64,000 bases of DNA from Candidatus Wolfebacteria bacterium (GTDB lineage: Bacteria; Patescibacteriota; Minisyncoccia; UBA6257; UBA9933): the NCBI GenBank assembly GCA_024654025.1, contig JANLIR010000007.1, positions 421-64,420 of the forward strand, written 5' to 3'. The position numbers and the translations under genes were made by a program. Below are positions 60,368 through 64,000 of the stretch, in pieces. How positions within the stretch are numbered: the first letter of the stretch is position 1; each line of letters starts with the position of its first letter. Below the pieces are notes generated by a model. That model saw nothing but the letters and a program-made list of their open reading frames with translations. It did no database searches and was not told where the DNA came from.

Positions 60368-62008
60368 ATGAAAAACTATAATATAAAATCAAAAATTATT
60401 TTTCTCGCGATATTGTTTTTCGGAATTTTTGGTTTGGTGGAAATTTCCAGAGCCGCTTGGACTCCGCCGATAGGCATTCCTGTGCCGCCGTTTCCTTCAG
60501 ATTTAGATGTGGTGCGCCCCGCGCCTCCAATTCCCTGGACTTCGGAAGTGGCGGGAAATTATTACATTCAGCGCGACCAGGCGGGATGTTCCGATTCTCG
60601 CGCCTACGGGGCCCCCTCTGCGGCTAGGTGTTCTCTTCCGTCTTCTCCGCCTGCAGGATCTAAAGTATTTTTACACGGGGTATATTCAACATATCCAACT
60701 ATTTCGTGGACGGGAACGGCCAATAGTCCAATTTGGTTAATAGCGTATGATAATTCGAATAAACCAAATATGTCTAATGGCTACGCTGTAAATAGTATCT
60801 ATACTATTTTAGACGGGATTTCTTCTTCGATGACCGTTTCTGGCGGCATAGGCGTGGCTGGACGCTACACAATGTTGCGTAATTTTACGTTTACAAACTC
60901 CGCTGACGGATCGAACTATTCAGGCGTTGCAGTAGGCGGCGGTGGAAATAATATTGTGATATACAAAGCAACAGTTGGTCCTTTGGGGAATTGGCAATAT
61001 GCGGGCGCTGGCGATATCGATACTCATGGCGGAAACGTAAGCGGGAATGCTAATTATATTTGGTTTCTTGATTCTACTTGGTTTCACGCTCATGGCGATG
61101 GAATACAGATAGAAAATGGTTCTGGAAACGCTGCTGGAGCGCATCATATTTATATCGGCAGGAATCTTGCTTACGAAAACTATCAGTCAGGGTTTTGGAC
61201 TAAAAACGCCACTGACGTAATTATGTCTCAGAACGAAGTGTGGGGCATGCATGTAATCCCAACTAATGCTAGCGTTGGAGAAGCGATGGGGGGTCAATAC
61301 GACCCTAAGTACGTTTGGTTTATTGCTAACAAACTTCATGATTCGTCAATTGGTCTAAAAATGTCTGGCGGAAACAATGGTGGCGGTGGTCCGTGGTATG
61401 CCATTGGAAACGTGATTTATAATATTTATCACAGCACTGCTGCGTGTAATCCATGGGGAATGGGCGCGTTGTCTTATAGAAATGAAGGCGGGCTATATGC
61501 TTATTTCAATACAATAGATAACGTAGATTCTTTTATATCTGTGATTCCTGCCAATTCAGGCGAGTTTCGTGATAATATTTTTACAAACCAGTATACTCCT
61601 GCTGGATGTCCAGCGCTGAATGATGACGGGTACGGTACTTATACTATCGACTATAATCTTTGGGATAACGATAATATTATTACAAAATATAATGGGACAA
61701 TTCGTACAACGTTATCTTCATTTGCCTCCGCGACGGGGCAGGAGACGCATCGGGTAGTTGGGAGCCCGCTGCTAAACGTCGACCGCTCGATATCAAGCAA
61801 CTCTCCCGCGATTGACACTGCAAATCCTACGGAGGAAGCGGTATTTGCTACATTTCAGTCTCGGTACGGAGTTGATATTCGAAAAGATTTCGCAGGGTCA
61901 ACTCGTCCCAGCGGCGCGCGGTGGGACATTGGCGCGTATGAATACGTTTCCGGAGCTCCGGTTGATACTACTCCTCCCGCCGCGCCAAGCGGACTAGTGG
62001 TTAATTAA
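60368..62008 (+). CDS. Secreted right-handed beta-helix protein, paralog of 58675-60351
   Basis: PPIGIPVP, GDGIQ, SPAID, WDIGAYEYVSGAP.DTTPPAAPSGL. Confidence 0.8.
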   Translation: MKNYNIKSKIIFLAILFFGIFGLVEISRAAWTPPIGIPVPPFPSDLDVVRPAPPIPWTSEVAGNYYIQRDQAGCSDSRAYGAPSAARCSLPSSPPAGSKVFLHGVYSTYPTISWTGTANSPIWLIAYDNSNKPNMSNGYAVNSIYTILDGISSSMTVSGGIGVAGRYTMLRNFTFTNSADGSNYSGVAVGGGGNNIVIYKATVGPLGNWQYAGAGDIDTHGGNVSGNANYIWFLDSTWFHAHGDGIQIENGSGNAAGAHHIYIGRNLAYENYQSGFWTKNATDVIMSQNEVWGMHVIPTNASVGEAMGGQYDPKYVWFIANKLHDSSIGLKMSGGNNGGGGPWYAIGNVIYNIYHSTAACNPWGMGALSYRNEGGLYAYFNTIDNVDSFISVIPANSGEFRDNIFTNQYTPAGCPALNDDGYGTYTIDYNLWDNDNIITKYNGTIRTTLSSFASATGQETHRVVGSPLLNVDRSISSNSPAIDTANPTEEAVFATFQSRYGVDIRKDFAGSTRPSGARWDIGAYEYVSGAPVDTTPPAAPSGLVVN

Positions 62009-62038
62009 ATTTATTAATATCCGTGTTATAATTTATTT

Positions 62039-64000
62039 ATGCGTAGAATTTTAACAATATTATTTATTTTGGGACTGGCTTTAATTATTTTCCCATTAAA
62101 TAAAACTAATGCGGCGCGTATTTGGTCGTCTGGGCTTGAATTGGCAAGTAGCACAGCCGAAGGGCTTGCTAATTCAGGGACAGGGCCTTCTATGGTTTTG
62201 GCAACTTCTACCGTAAGGAGCGGCTCTTATTCTTTGAAGACTCCGTCTTTAATTTCGGGTTCGTCTACGATTTCGCGTTATGCATTTGCAGCAAGTAATT
62301 CTACTGGCCCGTTTTATTTTAGATTCAATTTTTATATTTCTAATTTGCCGTCGGCCACAACAACTATTTGGGCTGCCGAATCCGGGTCTCCTTATTATAA
62401 ACGAGCCAGTATCGAAATTAATAACAGCGGCATCCTGGCTTTAGTATCACAGGAAGCGACAAGGATTGGTTATAGCGCCGTCCTCGCGACAAGCACCTGG
62501 TACAGAATAGAAGTTTTGTTTGACATAAGCGGAGCCGCGGGGAGTCATATAACAAGATCTAGATTAAACGGAGTTGAGTTTGCTTCATCAACTACTTTAA
62601 CTATTGCTGCGGGCGTCCAAAATTATTCTGTGGGCGGAAATATTTTAAGTGAAAGCCAGTCAGGCGGGCTGTGGTATTTCGATGATTTGGCGTTTAACGA
62701 TAATACGGGTTCATACCAAACAAGTTATCCTGGCGAAGGAAAGATTGTACATTTAAAACCGAACGCCGCTGGGGATAATGCTATGGGCACTTCCACTCCC
62801 TCGGGCCAATCCGCGTTTTCTGTTGTAAATGAATTACCGCCTAATAATGACACTAATTATTGGGCGTTAACAACCGATAACGATATTCTTGACGTGAATT
62901 TAGATTCTTTTGCTTCAACGAGCATAAAATCAATTGACACCATAAACCTAGTTAATGTCGGAATTATTACAAGAAATTCCGCCGCGGGAACTTCGCAATT
63001 TATTTTAAGAGTTAAATCGCAATCTAGCGGAACAGTAGCCACAGGGACAACGATGGATTGGAGTTTGTCTTCTTCTTGGTACCCGATAACTCTGCTGTCT
63101 TCTTATGTAAATCCTCAGGCAGGAGGGAGTTGGACGCCCGCGTTACTTGAAAACGCCCAAGCGGGTATAATAGCAACTATTGCGACCCCGAATGTTTTTG
63201 TAACTTCTATGTGGGCCTTAGTTGAATATATTTCCGTTCCTTTTGCTCCGTCTTCATTAGGGCCGTCAAACAAAGTAGACGGCTCCTGGTCTACTTCTAC
63301 CCAGCCAACATTGTCTTTCACTCAATCAGACTCTGATGCTTCTAGCACCATTAAATATACCATTCAAATCTCCACATCTTCTTCTTTTGCTTCCCAAGCT
63401 GTTGATTATGAATCAGCTCTCTTGGCTCAAGGTTCAACTTCATTTACCGTTGGCCAGGCTGCTGGAGGAGGAGCATACACAGTAGGTACGTCATCACAAA
63501 CATTACCTGATGGACAATACTACTGGAGAGTGATGTCAACTAATAATAATAATGTGACTTCATCATACACAACCGCCAATAGCGGAGCAGTTGCTTTTGG
63601 AATAGATACAACCGCTCCCACAGGAACAATAGCTTCATCAACATATGGAACCATCACCAGTTCATCAATAATCATCAACAGGCCTTCTACTTCAACGATC
63701 ATAGAAAGTGGTTCAGGACTTTATTAATGGCAAGTACGAAGAAACTCCACCACTACCTTATCAGCTGTTTCCACCTCCACTGCCACTACCTCTGACTCAT
63801 CTCTAACTTCCAACACCCAATACACCTATGATGTCAGATTCATAGATTTAATGGGAAACATCTCTTCCTATGGAGCTACATCTTCCAAATACACTCTTAC
63901 TCCTGATCCCACTAACTTCTCCGCCACCCCAAGCCAAACCTCCCAAACTTCAATTGCTTTATCAGTAGATTCTTTCAATAATGCGTCTTCCTCCTCATCG
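62039..64000 (+). pseudogene. Large Ser/Thr-rich surface protein interrupted by an in-frame TAA at 63725-63727 (or a sequence error); continues past the window end
   Basis: Signal peptide and Ig/FN3-like modules; after GLY* the same frame stays open for 91 codons (WQVRRNSTT...NTQYTYDVRF). Confidence 0.6.

Noticed and set aside
63725-63727. Stop-codon reassignment
   Set aside because: TAA, TAG and TGA all terminate conserved genes at expected positions in this window, so a single in-frame TAA does not support recoding.

Overview
AT-rich bacterial window using the standard genetic code. The 16S signatures, pheT lacking its tRNA-binding domain, multiple type IV pilus loci and many secreted orphan proteins point to Patescibacteria/CPR, most likely Parcubacteria (inference). 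Contents: partial thrC, csp and RRM genes, surface proteins, a MacAB-type ABC exporter, pyrD, two type IV pilus clusters plus a PilM-PilN fusion, uvrB-uvrA-uvrC, pheS-[GIY-YIG]-pheT, mreB, five tRNAs, an unlinked 16S rRNA gene, and pilin/beta-helix adhesin genes. Two candidate systems stand out. (1) Translation initiation: the 16S 3' end has no anti-Shine-Dalgarno (aSD). Leaders of several probably highly expressed genes carry (A/G)GTCG(A) about 17-27 nt before ATG, complementary to the 16S helix-26 loop (UAUCGACC). Only orphan genes keep classical SD sites. (2) Mobile DNA: four 134-141 bp MITE-like elements with 19-bp terminal inverted repeats (covarying among the three family-A copies) and target duplications, plus a solo GIY-YIG nuclease gene bracketed by related 17-bp inverted repeats, with no transposase in view. 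Palindromes and heptamer repeats are also inserted in frame in housekeeping genes. All calls come from reading the sequence by eye; no searches were run.
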